In this document: piece by piece, positions 36,184 to 51,100 of the stretch | Layout: every line of letters starts with the position of its first letter | Numbering within the stretch: the first letter of the stretch is position 1 | Assembly (NCBI GenBank): GCA_024679065.1 | Contig: JAGIQG010000023.1 | Location: forward strand, 10,354,001 to 10,418,000 | Reading direction: 5' to 3' | Source of the DNA: Sphyrna mokarran | Taxonomy: Eukaryota | Length of the DNA stretch: 64,000 bases | Translations under genes and position numbers: made by a program | The notes under the pieces: model-generated | Databases searched by the model: none | Seen by the model: the letters and a program-made list of their open reading frames with translations, nothing else | What the model was told of the DNA's origin: nothing

Positions 36184-39100
36184 GTGAGTAACAGCCAGAG
36201 CTGGGCAGTCAGATAATCAGTGTTAGTTTAACTCTAGTCTACAGCGTATACAGCAGAGATGTTTAAGTATTTGGAGATGTGTAAAGGCACAAAAGGAAGT
36301 TTTGTGTGGCAGTGGGTGGAGTCTCTTTCTCTGAGCATGAGTTCCAGGTTCTAATTCTGGTTTTGTTATTGATGGGAATGAAAGGTGGGTCCTAACAAAG
36401 CCAAACAGTTTGATATCAACCTGAATATGCTGGAGGCAGGCAGTAAGAGGGAGAGATACTCAGTCAGTCGTATCTTGATGTGGAGTGATGTCCCTCGTGT
36501 TCATAGTTGTGAATGGGAAATTCAGAATGATTTAATTTTTAAAAATGCAGGCAAGTAACATTTTAAAAATGGAAGCTTTTTTAATTGGTAATTATTTGAA
36601 ATATGTTGTGAAATACATACTGAAAAGTGCTATGATAATAATTCAGTCAACAGAACATATCTCTAGTTTGCTATTGTTTCTGTTTTTTAATGTACATTTG
36701 TAGAGATATGATTTTATGAGGGTCTCTTAGTAACAATGTTCCTCTGTAGTAGATGGTTAATCTATATGAGAACAAAGAGAACAAAGTTATGTACAGCCCT
36801 CCAAGCCTGTGCCAATTGTGATGCCCTAACTAAAATAAATTCTTCTGCCCTTGCTCAGTCTGTATACTTCTATTACTCTTTCCGCTCTTTTTCTTTCAAT
36901 TTAGTTCTTTTAATTCTTTAATTTTTTTAAATCGAATTTCCCTTTTCATTTTCCTGCCCATTTTAAGGGTGGTACGGTGGCACAGTGCTTAGCGCTGTTG
37001 CCTCACAAAGCCAGGGACCAGGTTCAATTCTGGCCTTGAGTGACTGTCCAGGTGAGGTTTGCACATTCTCTCCATGTCTTTGTGGCTTTTCTCTGGGTGC
37101 TCCACTTTCCTCCCACATTCGAAAGATGTGGGTGGACTGGGCATGCCAAATTGCCCTTTAGTATCGGGAGATTAGCAAAGTAATTACGTGGAGTTATGGG
37201 GATTGGGGCTAGCAAGATTGTTGTCAGTGCTGGTTTGATGGGCTAAATGGCCTCCTTCTGCACTGTAGGGATTCTCTGATTCTATGATCATCTAATTCTA
37301 CACTGCAATGGAGTTCTTGATCAACATTATCAACCCCCTACCATTTATAATAGATCTACCTTCTCACAAGCAACATTAAACTCCTAATCCCATCTTCTCT
37401 AAGCCTCTACTTTACTAATTCTATACATCAAGCCTCCCCACAACATGGTGTGCCTTCAGTTTACCAATTTGATGCAGATTACTTCATGTACACATGAACA
37501 GACAATTGAAGTGTGCTTCTGCCTGTCTGACAATCTTCATCTGTTCAATCCATCTTCATTTTAATCTGATCTCTTTTCCACTACTTTTTCATCTTTAATC
37601 CTTTCTGCATCTTTTCCTTTTTCTTCCTTTCTCTTGAGTTTTTTAATTGTTTGGAATCTCCATTCTATCATTTACTATAAATTCTTTCCTCAAGAGTTCC
37701 TCTCCTAGTAAGGCCATTTGTCTAATAACTCTTCTAAAGTCCATTCCTCAGGCTCCTCCCCTTCTACATTTGAGATCATTGTGGCAGGAATCTCACTTTT
37801 CTCGCTTTCCTCATGAATCATCTTGCCTAAAAAATTGTTCCTTTTGTTTCCTTACTATTCTTGTCCTGACCATCAGGAATGATTCTGTGTTTATTCCCCT
37901 CCAGGATCTGCTCAGTGATCAGTCTCCACGTTTCTGAACCTTCTCGGCCCTCTGCCTTTCTATGTTCTTGTTTGCCTGAACCTCCCCTTTCCAAATCCTC
38001 CTTCAGAACTGGCCGTAGAGAACAAGGACAAGAGGTTGAAAATTCACTCGGCTTAAGTTGTTGCTGTTGTTTGAAAGGAAGAATTGCATTTCCATAGTGT
38101 TGTTATTGTAATGGAGAAAAGAGAATTTTTTCCCTCATACAGCAATACAATAATGACTGAATAATCTTTTTTTCCAGCACGATAAATATTGGTGAAGACA
38201 CTGTGGAGAATTCACCTGCTCCTCTTCACAATACCACCACCATGGGATGGTTTACACTCACCCGGGAGAGTAGATAGTGTCATGATGGTTACCTGCCCAA
38301 CTCCCACTTGCTGTGAAACCTTTCACCACCCCATTCTTTGCAAATAGTCACCTGACCTCGCCATGAAATCTGCATCAGTCCAAAAGAACGTGCTTTCAAA
38401 CTGTCCACACTCCCACCATTCCACTGCCACCCTTCCAAAGGGGCCTCATTTCCTCCCAGGCCACGCATGGCTCAAATCCAAGCCTCTAATTTCCCTGATT
38501 CATCCAAATTTCCAGTCACTTCCTCAGCAGGCATCTAAATCCCTATCCAAGGCCTCCGGCCATCCTCCAAGGCCACCAATCCTGTGCACCATCACCGAGG
38601 TCGGCAATCTTCACCTCCTGAAATCCCAAAACCACCCAAGATCTGAAAACCCCCTCCTGCCAGGATTTAAGGTGTGTGTTACATCTCAGCCCTACTGCCT
38701 ACACCACCTTCCACGTCAGATCAAGGACCTCTGTACTCCTGTCATCTCCTCTGGGCTGTTCCCCAGCTAACTGTAAGTTGGGCCTGGTTTGTTTCTCAGT
38801 CTGAAACCTCTTGATGATGTCTCACAATCACACTGTGGAGTGAAGGCCCACAGTGTGAGGCAGAACCCCAACTTCCAGGTTCCACAACTTCCCACCCCCA
38901 ATTAAAGCTTAACCAGCCTCTGTCAGTGGCCAGGAAAATACACCAAATATTTAAAAAAAAATCCATGAGAGAAATGCTTTGGGACACCCTGAGACTGTGA
39001 TAAATGTTTATATTAATGTTTATTTTCATTGCAAACTAGAATTTAACTCATTAGAATGTGTGTGTTTGAATGAATTGTTCCCTGTTCAATTTCTGAAATG

Positions 39101-42100
39101 TTGTTTCCTCAGTTTCAGGTGCATTGTGGGCAAAAAAGGAAGTAAGAGGAATTGTGGGAAGAGCGATCACAATAGATTGTCACTATGATGTGTGGTACCG
39201 GTCAAATGTGAAATATTGGTGTCAGGGCTGGACTCGCCAGTGTGTTGTTGTAGCAGCAACAAATCGGCAAAATGGCAGAATATCAATCACAGATAACAAG
39301 ACACGTCGTGTATTTGTTGTCACTATGAAGGATCTTCGCTCAGGAGATGCAGGATGGTACAGCTGTGGAATTGAAACACCCGGCCTCGATCCATTGTATA
39401 ACGTAGAACTACAAATATCTAACGGTACGTTATTCTCAGTGGTTATCTTTATTGCTCTCTGCTTAAATCTCCCATTAGTGGCCAGAATTTTATGTATAAA
39501 GATCAGACACGTGCCCTACCCAAATGTGGGTAAAATCAGACCCCTATGGCAATATGCCTTCACCCAATATCTCAGTCGCCAGGCACATGAGCAAGTTGGA
39601 AATGCACCTGCAGCCATCCAAAATTCAATTTAAATTCCTTAAACACCAATTATCCAGAACTTTAAGTTCCCTGTCTGTCTTTACAGTTGGCAGGTAGCCC
39701 AATTGGTCAGGTGACCTTTATATTTTAGCTACAACCTCATCCAGGGCAGAATGAAAGGTCAGGGTTCATATTAAAATAACAAATGTGTCTGGGGGCCGAG
39801 CTGTGTGTGTGTGAGATCGTGCTGCCCTGACACTCTCAGTATCATTTTAACACTGATATTCTTCACAAGTCAACAGCTCCCTGAAGACAGTTCCACAGTG
39901 ACTCTTCCCCCATTCATTGGACAGCCAGTGTGAAACTGTGCAGGGCTGAGGTTTCGTGCCTGTNNNNNNNNNNNNNNNNNNNNNNNNNNNNNNNNNNNNN
40001 NNNNNNNNNNNNNNNNNNNNNNNNNNNNNNNNNNNNNNNNNNNNNNNNNNNNNNNNNNNNNNNNNNNNNNNNNNNNNNNNNNNNNNNNNNNNNNNNNNNN
40101 NNNNNNNNNNNNNNNNNNNNNNNNNNNNNNNNNNNNNNNNNNNNNNNNNNNNNNNNNNNNNNNNNNNNCAACCACACACAACACACACATACATACACAC
40201 ACATACACACACACAACACACACATATGCACGCACCAAACCACATNNNNNNNNNNNNNNNNNNNNNNNNNNNNNNNNNNNNNNNNNNNNNNNNNNNNNNN
40301 NNNNNNNNNNNNNNNNNNNNNNNNNNNNNNNNNNNNNNNNNNNNNNNNNNNNNNNNNNNNNNNNNNNNNNNNNNNNNNNNNNNNNNNNNNNNNNNNNNNN
40401 NNNNNNNNNNNNNNNNNNNNNNNNNNNNNNNNNNNNNNNNNNNNNNNNNNNNNNNNNNNNNNNNNNNAATGAGCAAAAAATTCAGGCCATGCTTTTATCT
40501 GGGAGGAAACATTGACAGTTCCGGTATCTCAAGGCTCCGCTGCAGTGCAGACTCTGGCAGGTGGAGCAGAAGTCGGGAAATCCGACTCACACAAAACTCA
40601 ATTCCTGCTCTTTCCAACATGTCACTGTGTCGGGTGTTCGCTTTCGGATTGACTCCAGCTACTCCACTGCAGTTTAACATTAAAGCAGTGTTTGCGAGTG
40701 CCGCCCATTCGCCTCGCAGGAAGAGCCGCCACATATTCAGGCGGGGTGTGGGTGGGGAGGCTGGGGGGGAAGTGATGGTGTCGAGTTGCTCTGTCCTGAC
40801 TGCTGACTGTGCGGTACTGGGGCAGGAGCTGCCCTATGGGTGGGGCAAGAGGGGTGGGGATCCAGCACGGTCTGATGGCAGTGCACAAGCAAATGTATGA
40901 GGTGGTGGTGGGGGAGGAGGGGAGACAGGGAATCAGCCCCGTTCTGAGGGAAGCTTGTATAAGGTGTGCATTATTCCGCAGCTCAGACTGTTCATCGCAA
41001 CTCAGTTGCCATGCTTGGAGTGGGGCAAGAACCAGCTTTTCGTGTGAAATCTTTCGTACCCAAGTGTAGAATTGCTGCGAGATCAGGAAGGGTGGGAATT
41101 CAGAGGAAATCCCATTCCTCCAATTTGACTCTCCCGTACATAAAAGGCAGCCAGTGGGTGTTAGTGTAAAAATCTGTAAATTATCAGGCTTCCTGATATG
41201 ATAGCTGACTCACATATTCACCAAGATGCTTAGGTCAGTCGAATAGATTTCAGCTTCACAAGAGGAATTGAAAAGTTGACGATTAAAAGAAGCTGTTTCG
41301 TTCATTAAAATATAAAAGCAAATTATTGCGGATGCTGGAATTTGAAACCAAAAGAGGAAATGCTGGAAAATCGCAGCAGGTCTGGCAGCCCCTGTAAGGA
41401 GAGAAAAGAGCTGATGTTTCAAGCCCAGACGACCCTCAAAGGGCCCCTCCTTCTGCCAGGCCAACATTTCAAATAATTAATAAAGAGGAAGAAAGAGAAA
41501 ATGCAGGAAATTCTCAGCAAGCCTGGCAGCCTCTGTAAGTTCAACAAAAGAACTGATGTTTCAAGTCCAGAGGACCCTCAAACATAGAACACAGCGGCAC
41601 AAACAGGCCCTTCGGCCCTCAAGTTACGCCGATCATACACATACCTATTATCAAAGGATCATCTAGACGCATAACATCAGCTCTTTTCTCTTCTTACACT
41701 TGCTGCCCGACCTGCTGAGATTTTCCAGCATTTTCTCTCTTCTCCTCCTCATTAATTTTTGAGATGTTGGCCTGGCGGCGGGATAGGTCCCTGCTGGAGT
41801 TTGGGCTGCCAACGCAGGAAGAAGTGCAGCAACAGTTGATCAGTAAGAGTCTGGCAACACCAATTTTAAATCCAACCGATTTATTTGATAGTAGATCCGC
41901 GAGCTTTCGGCCTTTGTAGCCTTCGTCAGGCGAATGAGATGTTCTGGTCTCCAAAAGCACACATATCAGCACAGACAGTTTACAGATTGCTGATTAGAAT
42001 GCGAATCCTTATACCTAACCTGCTGTTTAAGTCTTAAAGTGGCTAACAATGTGGGTGGAAGGAATATTGAGCACAGGTTAGAGGGATGTGTATTGTCTCC

Positions 42101-45100
42101 AGACAGCACAGTAAGTGAGGTTTTTTGCTAACCCAGACAAGTCACGGGGGTTACAGTTAGTGTGACATGAAGCCAAGATCTCTGTTAAGACCATCCTCGT
42201 GTGTGCGGAACTTGGCTATCAGTCTCTGCTCAGCGACTCTGCGCTGTTGTGTGTCATGAAGGCCCCCTTGAAGAACATTTACCCGAAGGTTGGAGGCCGA
42301 ATGCCCGTGACTGCTGAAGTGTTCGCCCACAGGAAGGGAACTGTTTTGCCTGGTGATTGTTGAGCGATGTTCATTCATCCGCTGTCGTAGTGCCTGCATG
42401 GTCTCCCCAATGTACCATGCTTCGGGACATCCTTTCTTGCAACGTATTAGGTAGACAACGTTGGCTGAGTTGCAAGAGTATGTACCGTGTACCTGGTGAA
42501 TGGTATCCTCACGTTTGATGATGTCATCCATGTCGATGATCCAGTATGTCTTGCAGAAGTTGCTTGTGGCAGGGTTGTGTGGTTTTGTGGTCACTGTTCT
42601 CTTGAAGGTTGGGTAGTTTGCTGCAAACAATGATCTGTTTGAGGTTGCGCAGTTGTCTGAAAGCAAGAAGTGGGGGGGTGGGGATGGCCCTAGCGAGATG
42701 TTCATCATCATCAATGATATGTTGAAAACTCCGGAGAAGATGTCGTAGCTTCTCCACTCTGGGGAAGTACTGGACAACAAAGGGTACTCTGTCCACTGTG
42801 TCCCGTGTTCATCTTCCGAGGAGATCAATGCGGTTTATCGCTGTGGCACATCGAAACTGTCGATCGATGAGTCGAGCGCCATATCCTGTTCTCACAAGGG
42901 CATCTTTCAGCTTCTGGAAGTGTCTGTCACGATCCTCCTCATCTGAGCAAATTCTGTGTATATGGAGGGCTTGTCCATAGGGAATGGCTTCTTTAACATG
43001 TCTAGGGTGGAAGCTGGAGAAGTGGAGCATTGTGAGGTTGTCTGTCGGTTTGTGGTACAGTGAGGTGCTAGAGATGACTGTCCTTAATGGAGATGCATGT
43101 GTCCAAGAATGCAACTGATTCTGGAGAATAGTCCATGGTGAGTCTGATGGTGGGGTGGAACTTGTTGATATCATCATACAGTTGTTTCAATGATTGTTCA
43201 CCATGAGTCCAAAGGAAAAAAATGTCATCAATGTATCTAGTATATAGCCTTGGTTGAAGATCCCGTGCAGTGAAGAAGTCTTGTTCGAACCTGTACATGA
43301 AGATGTTGGCATATTGAGGTGCGAATTTGGTCCCCATGGCAGTTCCGTGTGTCTGGATGAAAAGCACTTACTGTGCTGTCTGGAGACAATATACATCTCT
43401 CTGACCTGTGCTCAATATTCCTTCCAACACATTGTTAGCCACTTTAAGACTTGAATAGCAGGTTAGGTGTAAGGATTCACATTCTAATCAGCAATCTGTA
43501 AACTGTCTGTGCTGATATGTGTGCTTTTGGAGACCAGAACATCTCATTCGCCTGACGAAGGCTACAAAGGCCGAAAGCTAGCAGATTTACTATCAAATAA
43601 ATCGGTTGGATTTAAAATTGGTGTTGCCAGACTCTTACTGAGTTTACCCCAATCCAACGCCAGCATCTCTACATCATGACTGACATCGCAACAGTTGCTG
43701 CCAGGGGAAGAGGGGGAGTGGTGGGGTTGTTGTAAATGCCCAGCTCAGTGTCATGAGATTTTGTCCCAGCTAAAATCAAAACACAAAGGCCCCTCAATCC
43801 TTCCCTCCTCACAAATGGAATAAGGAAGCATGAGGACATATGGAGCTGGATAAAAGTGCATAAGGTTCATGAGGGAACCTAATGCATGGTTAGGATTCGA
43901 GATTTGCCAAAGGGACATGGGGATAACATTTTAAACTTAATTTTTGAAAGGCCCTGTCATGCAGATTAGGGTTAGTGACTCCTTCTGGCAGTCAATAAAC
44001 CAAAGCTCCCTGAAGGCCTGGCCCAGTTGCATGAACATGGCAGAGGAGCTGGATGTGTCTTGCTCTCCAATGGAAACAGCGGTGGGCTATTGTTAGGACC
44101 CTTGAAAATAAGACTTAAAATCACACAGACTGGGAATGGGGTTAGGAATCCAGAAATTAGGAGCAATTGGCATTTTTAGAGGGCTCCCAATTCAATGTGA
44201 TTTGGTGAAAATCCAGTTTATTATCTTCCCAAACAAATCTGCAGCTTAGGATCAAAATCATTTTCTGTTTCTAGAGAATCCTATAGTGCAGAAGGAGGTC
44301 AATCGGCCCATTGAGTCTGCACCTACCACAGTCCCACCCAGACCCTATCCCCATAGCCCTACTTATCCCCTAACATTAAGGGGCAATTTTCATGGCCGAT
44401 CCACCTAACCCACACATCTTTGGAGGAAACTAGAGCACTTAGAAGAAACAGACATGGGGAAAATAAGCAAAGTTCACACAGACAGTGACCCAAGTTGGGA
44501 ATTGATCCATGGTCCCTGGCTCTATAAGGCTGTGGTGCTAACCACTGTGCCACTATGCCACCCTTCATGCCACCATAATGCCCCATTTATGTGTGTGTGT
44601 GTGGCTGTGTGGGGAATGTACGTGGGTGTGTGTATCTGTATGTGTGTCCGTGGTCATACGTGTGTATGTGTCTCTTTGTGTGTGGTATTTATATGTGTGT
44701 GTGTCCGTCTGCATGTGTCTGTTTATCTATGTGATTGTATAATTAAATGTTTTAATCTGAAATTTATTTTTAAAAATTACATTTTTATTTTATTACAAAT
44801 AAATCTTCAATACTTAATTTCCAAAATGCTTAGCACATTGGTAACAGAATTGAAGTTTTGTGCAGATGCACAGCCCCTAGCAGTGAGGAGGAAGTGAAAG
44901 GCAGGTATTGTAACTCTTGTTCCTGAGTGGGAAGGTACTTCCTACTACATTGCTAAAATTAAACATATTGTAGAAATAATCTGTCTGTTGTGCGGTTTGA
45001 CAGTGTGACAGACTGATATTTAATTTTCACTGTCCAAGATCAGTTTATGTTTGTGCTGTCTGTCTGTGTTGCATCTCTCTTTGGAAAGTTGATTTGAAAA

Positions 45101-48100
45101 TGTAACATTTGATTGTGTTTATAACAAATCTCCTGATTGTTATATTATCCCAGCATCAAACTAATATTCTATGTCAAATAAAATATTTCTAAATAAAAGA
45201 AAGGGTCTGCTGCAATCAGCAAATTGATTGGATCCATTAAGTTAACTGGAAGCTGATGGTTTCTTGTTTTGGGTTTTACTAATTTTATTGGAAAATTGCC
45301 CATTTGAGATTTTGGTAAATAGGTACAGATTTTTTATTGTACTGCAAGACAAAGCAGCAAAAGCTCACACAGTTGTGATCATCATTGACTTACATTCAAA
45401 ACTCATCGGTTGACCCACTACACCAGCAGCGATCAACTCAGACCAGGGTCTCTATATGTTGTCCGAGAGCACTAAGCAGCAAATGACATGAGTTAAGATT
45501 GTAAGCCTGGACAAATGTATCTCAAGCCCTCAATTAGCACACGTATTGAGTAAGCCCAGTTCACAATACTCGAGAGAGAAATTTGCTGTGCTGTACGCCC
45601 CAGCACTCTCTCAGCTCATTTCCTGGAATACAAAATGGAGGTAGCTCTTTTCTTCTCCCTGGGGTTGTGTCACCTTTAACGAGGCTCACACCTCGTTATG
45701 AAGATCTCTATTTTTTTTATTTTAAACAGGGATATTCCATGCCAGGAAGACACAACTGCTGTCTCGTCAGAATGTGAGACAAATGTTAATGGCATTGTGT
45801 TGTTGCAACCACATGAATAAGAGCACTGCCCTCTTTTACTCAATATTCGGTTGATAATAGCAGGTTTTGAAATTTGAAAGAATGAATGTGCCAATTCATT
45901 GCCGAAGCTTTAACTGTTTCCATGTTGATTTCACACACACACACACATACATACACATGCATGCACACGCACACACACATACACAAATGCACATACGCGT
46001 TCGCACATATGCACGCACACATGCACAANNNNNNNNNNNNNNNNNNNNNNNNNNNNNNNNNNNNNNNNNNNNNNNNNNNNNNNNNNNNNNNNNNNNNNNN
46101 NNNNNNNNNNNNNNNNNNNNNNNNNNNNNNNNNNNNNNNNNNNNNNNNNNNNNNNNNNNNNNNNNNNNNNNNNNNTCACATGACAGATGTCCGCTGATGC
46201 ACATTGGAAGGCACTAACAGTCCAATTATGGAATGATGAAAATCCTATCAGACAGACAAATCCACTAAAAAGTAATAGCATGTCTTTGCGCAAATATGGT
46301 GAAAATTTGGAACTCCTTCCCCAAAAGCATGGTTGCGATACATTGAAAATGTTAAAACTGAGATTGGCAGATTGTATTCAGTAGCCAAAGTGGATAAACA
46401 GGGATAAGGTACAGACAAGATACAGGCTTTAACAAAGAGTCACCCAGACTTGAAACGTCAGCTCTTTTCTTTCCTTACAGATGCTGCCAGACCTGCTGAG
46501 ATTTTCCAGTATTTTCTCTTTTGGTATAAGATATATGTCACTTGTGATTTAAATGAAGTGTGGAACAGGCTCGAGGGGCTGAATGGCTAAATCGTTGTTC
46601 CATGCTCTGGATCAAGTGTTAATTTTACAGTGTGTCTGGTTGTGTCAGCCAGTGTGTGTGAGGCAAGATCACAGCTAGAAACATTTCAAAAATAGACTCT
46701 TTGGTCACTAGGCAAACTTTGGCCTGATTGATTCAGAGTCCAGCTCGTGGCCCTGACAGCAATGAAGACACACCAGCTCTCATTTAAAATGTTGGCGAAA
46801 ACGGTCACTTTTGACTATTCCTTTTTGCCAAAGAGGGAATTTTAACTCCCTCCTCCATCCTGCATCAGGATCCAGCAGCTTTACCAGCACAGATTGTGAT
46901 CTGAGAGGCACAGGAGTGCTTCACCCCGACCCCCTGGGGAAATATGTTGTACAATCTGTCCCTCGCCATGATTGGCTAACTCTGCCCCAAGCAAGAAAGC
47001 TTCCCTGATTGCCTCCTCGCGACTGTCACTTCCGGTTCACGCCCCCAAATCTTACATGACATACTCTCAATTCTGGAAGAGTTCTCAGCAGATTTTGCTG
47101 TTAAATTCAGCCCAAACTTTACTTTCATGAACACGTATTGGTTAGGTGCATTGACCCAAACAGGCGCTGGACTATGGAATTTCACAGTAATTTCATTGCA
47201 AGTGTTAATGTAAGCCTTACTTGTGACTAATAAATAAGCTTTAACTTTTAACTTTCACTTTCCTGCTTTTTCTAACTTTCTGGACAACACAAATGCACTT
47301 CCCATGTATAAACCCTGGTTAAGCATTCGCCCCTTGGAGATGTGGATGGGTTGGCGAGATTCCAACATGGACACCTCCTGGCTGAGATGCTGAAGGGATG
47401 AATTCACAGAGTGTTTGATTTTTAGATGTTCAGTCAGTTTCTAAATGTTTGTCTCTTTCCCACAGAACCCGTGTCTGTTCCTGTGCTTAGATTTCTATCA
47501 GCACCAAATGCCTCATGTTCTGGGGGCTCAGTGTCCGTCTCCTGTGAGTCTGTCCAGGGATCTCTTCCCATTCAGTACACATGGTATGAAAAGAGGCTGT
47601 CTGAAGATTCAAAGATCTCTGACACCAATAAACTGGATCTACATTGTCAATCCTTCACACAGCGACATCATCAATATTACTGCACGGCCTCAAATAACCA
47701 GGGAAACAAATCCAGTGAAATGGTTAATGTGCGGTTTTTAAATACAACTGGGAATTGCATTTATGAGATACATAGCAGCATTGGTAAGTGTAACTGTAAA
47801 CTAACATTGAAGTTAATGATTTTTATATTAATGTCCATCCATACTAGTTTCAAGTTGAGTGATTTGCAACTGAACAAATTCACTCTGTTTCATTTCTCAC
47901 CCATTCCAAACAAAGTCACTAATTTGCAGTCTTCATGAAAAATGACATAAAATATCCCCAGAAAAAGAATAAATATGGTGGAAACTCGATCATCCCATGA
48001 AATGGAGACAGCTTTTTATTGCGGACCTTGCAGAAACCTAAAAGCCCATTTGGGAAATGGTGTAAAAGTAAACTCGCCATTGTCCCAGATGACCTTAGGC

Positions 48101-51100
48101 TACTCTCCCTTTTGACAGAGAGAGCTGACCGGTGATGATTTAACCTCGGTGGTGGGGGGGGGTCACCACATCTCAGGCAAATGGTTCAAGATGCATATGG
48201 AATAGGCTTTCCTCTGCTATTTTATCCAGCAGCATCATGGTACCACCCCAATACCATAGGGGAAAGTGTCAACGTCGAACTTCAAGCGAGAACAAACTAA
48301 GTTTCTCCAATCTCTCCTCATAGCTAGTGCCCCTCCATTCTAGGCAATATCCTGCTAAATATTTTCTGAATCCTGTCCAAATCCTTCTGGTAGTGTAGCA
48401 ATCAGCATTGAACGCTATATTCCAAGTGCGGCCTAACTAATGTTCTATAAAGCTGCAACATGACAATTAAACTCAATGCACCCAGCCAATGAAGGCAAGC
48501 GTGCTGTATGCTTTCTTGACTGCCTTCTCCACCTGCGTTGCCTGTACACGCAGATCCCTCTGTCTTTCAACACCTTAAGGATTCTACCATTTACTGCATA
48601 TTTACCAACTGCATTCGACCTTCCAAAATGCATTACCTCACATTTGTCCAGATTCAACTCCATTTGCCATCTGTCCGCCCAAGTCGCCAACTGATCTATA
48701 TTCTGCTGTATCCTCTGATGGTTCTCGTTACTGAAATCTCAGAAAACTGACCCCACGTGACAGGAAATGGCCATTCACAATATTAGCAAATGGCGATTTA
48801 ATATATTCATGTGAATATCTGGACTGAGGTGCACCAAACTCAACTCGTTCACTGGTGCATGAGTATCTGTGCACCACCAACTCTCAGATATGGGGAATAA
48901 AATGAAATTCCCAATAAAAATGGGCCACTGACAGCTATTAGCCACCTCTCTACTGTGAGGGGAAAGATACTCAGTGATAAATTACACCAACCATGCTTTT
49001 TCTCAAGTACTGAAGTTCCATTTCACAACGACACTCTCTAAGTTGACTACAAATGAAAATGAGGTGAATCTGAATGTTATTCTTATGTTTCATAGTACCA
49101 AAATATTCCTGTGAAGCTTTTACAACAGAATCACCAACTGTGACAAGTACAAATACAAATTCCACTGGCGACCATAGTGAATCTTCAGAGTTGAAAAATG
49201 ATGAAAGGTACAATGTTCTCATTGAGGGTGTAATGATTGGTACTGTTTCTATGTGAGGAATGAAATGTTCTTTAAACAGTTGGGCAAGTAATGTTTGAGC
49301 ATCTGCATTGTGTTGGCTGTGAGATGGTGCTTGTTTCATTTTTCACCTTGATCACCTCAATCTAACCTCGTGGTTTAGAAACAAAGAAACATAAAAAATA
49401 GAAGCCGGAGGAGGACATTTGACTCTGCTCCGCCATTCATTGTGATTGGAGTGAGGCACTCACTGAATGTTAAAATGGGCAGTGCGGGATTGTAAGGCCT
49501 GTTTCCTGTGCTGTGTTGTTCTTTGTTCTTTGTTGTTTGTTGCTGACCATTCAACTCAATAACCTGCTCCCACCTTCCTCCCATATTATAGACACGTTAT
49601 GCTTCAAGTGCAATATCTAATCGCTTCTTGAAAACACTCAGAGTGGGATTTTCTGGCCACGCTCGCCCCAAAGCCAGAGGTCAATGGACTTTGCATGGTC
49701 TGTATCGGGCCTGCTACAATTCCCATGATGGCGAGGTGGGAAAATTCAACCCTCAATGTTTTGGCTGGAACTACTTTCTGTGCTAGCAAATTCCATAGTC
49801 TGCCCACTTTCAGGGTGAAGATAATTCTCCTCACCTCAGTCCAACTTGTATCCTAAATTGAGAGCCCCACCATTGGGAACATCCTTCTTGGATCTACTCT
49901 GTGTAGCCCAGTTAGAATTTTATAGGTTTCTATGTAATGATGAGTTGTACTTACCAAACGTACCTTACTGCTATTTACACTGACAGAATATTTGGTAGTG
50001 ACAGGGAGGAATTAGAGCGATTTGTCCACGCAGCCCTCAGAATCACAGCTCCATCTTGCAGCACTGGTGTCTTATTCCCATATTATTAGCTCGAGCTATC
50101 TACAATTGTACTCTGATGTAAATACTGAGGAATTGGGTCTTTGAAGTTGCGATGGTCATAAAGATTAACAACTAAATATCAGAGGCTGTTGGAAAGAGAC
50201 AGCTGGTAAATCCTCACCTGTGGAGATAATAGACCCATTTATCATTTGGGTGTGGACACTTGTTCAGAATTCTAGTCCACACCTGAACCTAAACAGGTCC
50301 ATTCACCCCACAGATGCTGACTGACCTGATGAATGTTTCCAGAAACTTCACATCCCTAACACATGCAATGAATTTCCTTTTAACCAGATCAGCATAGAGA
50401 AGAATTGAATGTTTATGGATTTTGCACAATGATATTGGCCAGAATTCTCCCAAAAAAATTCTAAGGGTCGAACTCACATCAAAACTGGAGTAAGTCACAT
50501 TGGTTTATTCAGTGGGAGTTCAGAGAAGAATCTCCCACGCTCTGTGCACTGCAGAGGCCACCGGTGTGAGTATCACTAGGGGGCAAGGCCTATCCCTGCT
50601 GGAGAGGCTGAGATCAGGGTGTTGAGTGGGCCACTGCGCCTGTGCTGATCTCAACACTGACAGGTCAGCACATGGGTAGTGGCCCCACACTACCAGTCTC
50701 CCAACTGCTGGTCAGCTCAATTGCTAGCAAACTCCGTGAGCCCCCGCAATACTTACGCCCTGCACTCTACCCTGGCCTGATCACTGGCCCCCTGACTGTA
50801 CCCGGACCCATCCCTGCAAATCCACCCCCTTTCCTGGCCTGCCCCAATCTCCAGTACCCATCTCCTGCAGTGAAATTTCCTGAATGAATTAAGCAGAGCG
50901 CAGTGTTGCACTGTCACCTGCTGAGTCAGAGATTATGACTTCACTTTCCTTCCAAAGAATGAGTGCGTTAACTGGGCTAACACTCCAGTGCCATACTGAG
51001 GGAGTGCTGTGCTGTTAAAGTGTCCCCTTTTTCAAATGTGGTAAACCCAGGGCCCCATCCATTCTCTCTGGTGAATTTAATGGATCTCTTGGGGACATTC

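Larger units (their letters stand above)
41839..43687 (-). mobile_element. Penelope-like element (family B): RT C-half + GIY-YIG endonuclease, inverted pLTRs, 10-bp TSD
   Basis: QTHGTAMGTKFAPQYANIFM..RYIDDIF; SCNSANVVYLIRC..YIGET..RMNEH; IRs 41840-42117 / 43365-43641; TSD gcaacagttg at 41829-41838 and 43688-43697. Confidence 0.95.

Noticed and set aside
39847-40900. Long ORFs spanning N-runs (also 45867-46293)
   Set aside because: Artefacts of Ns and CA repeats
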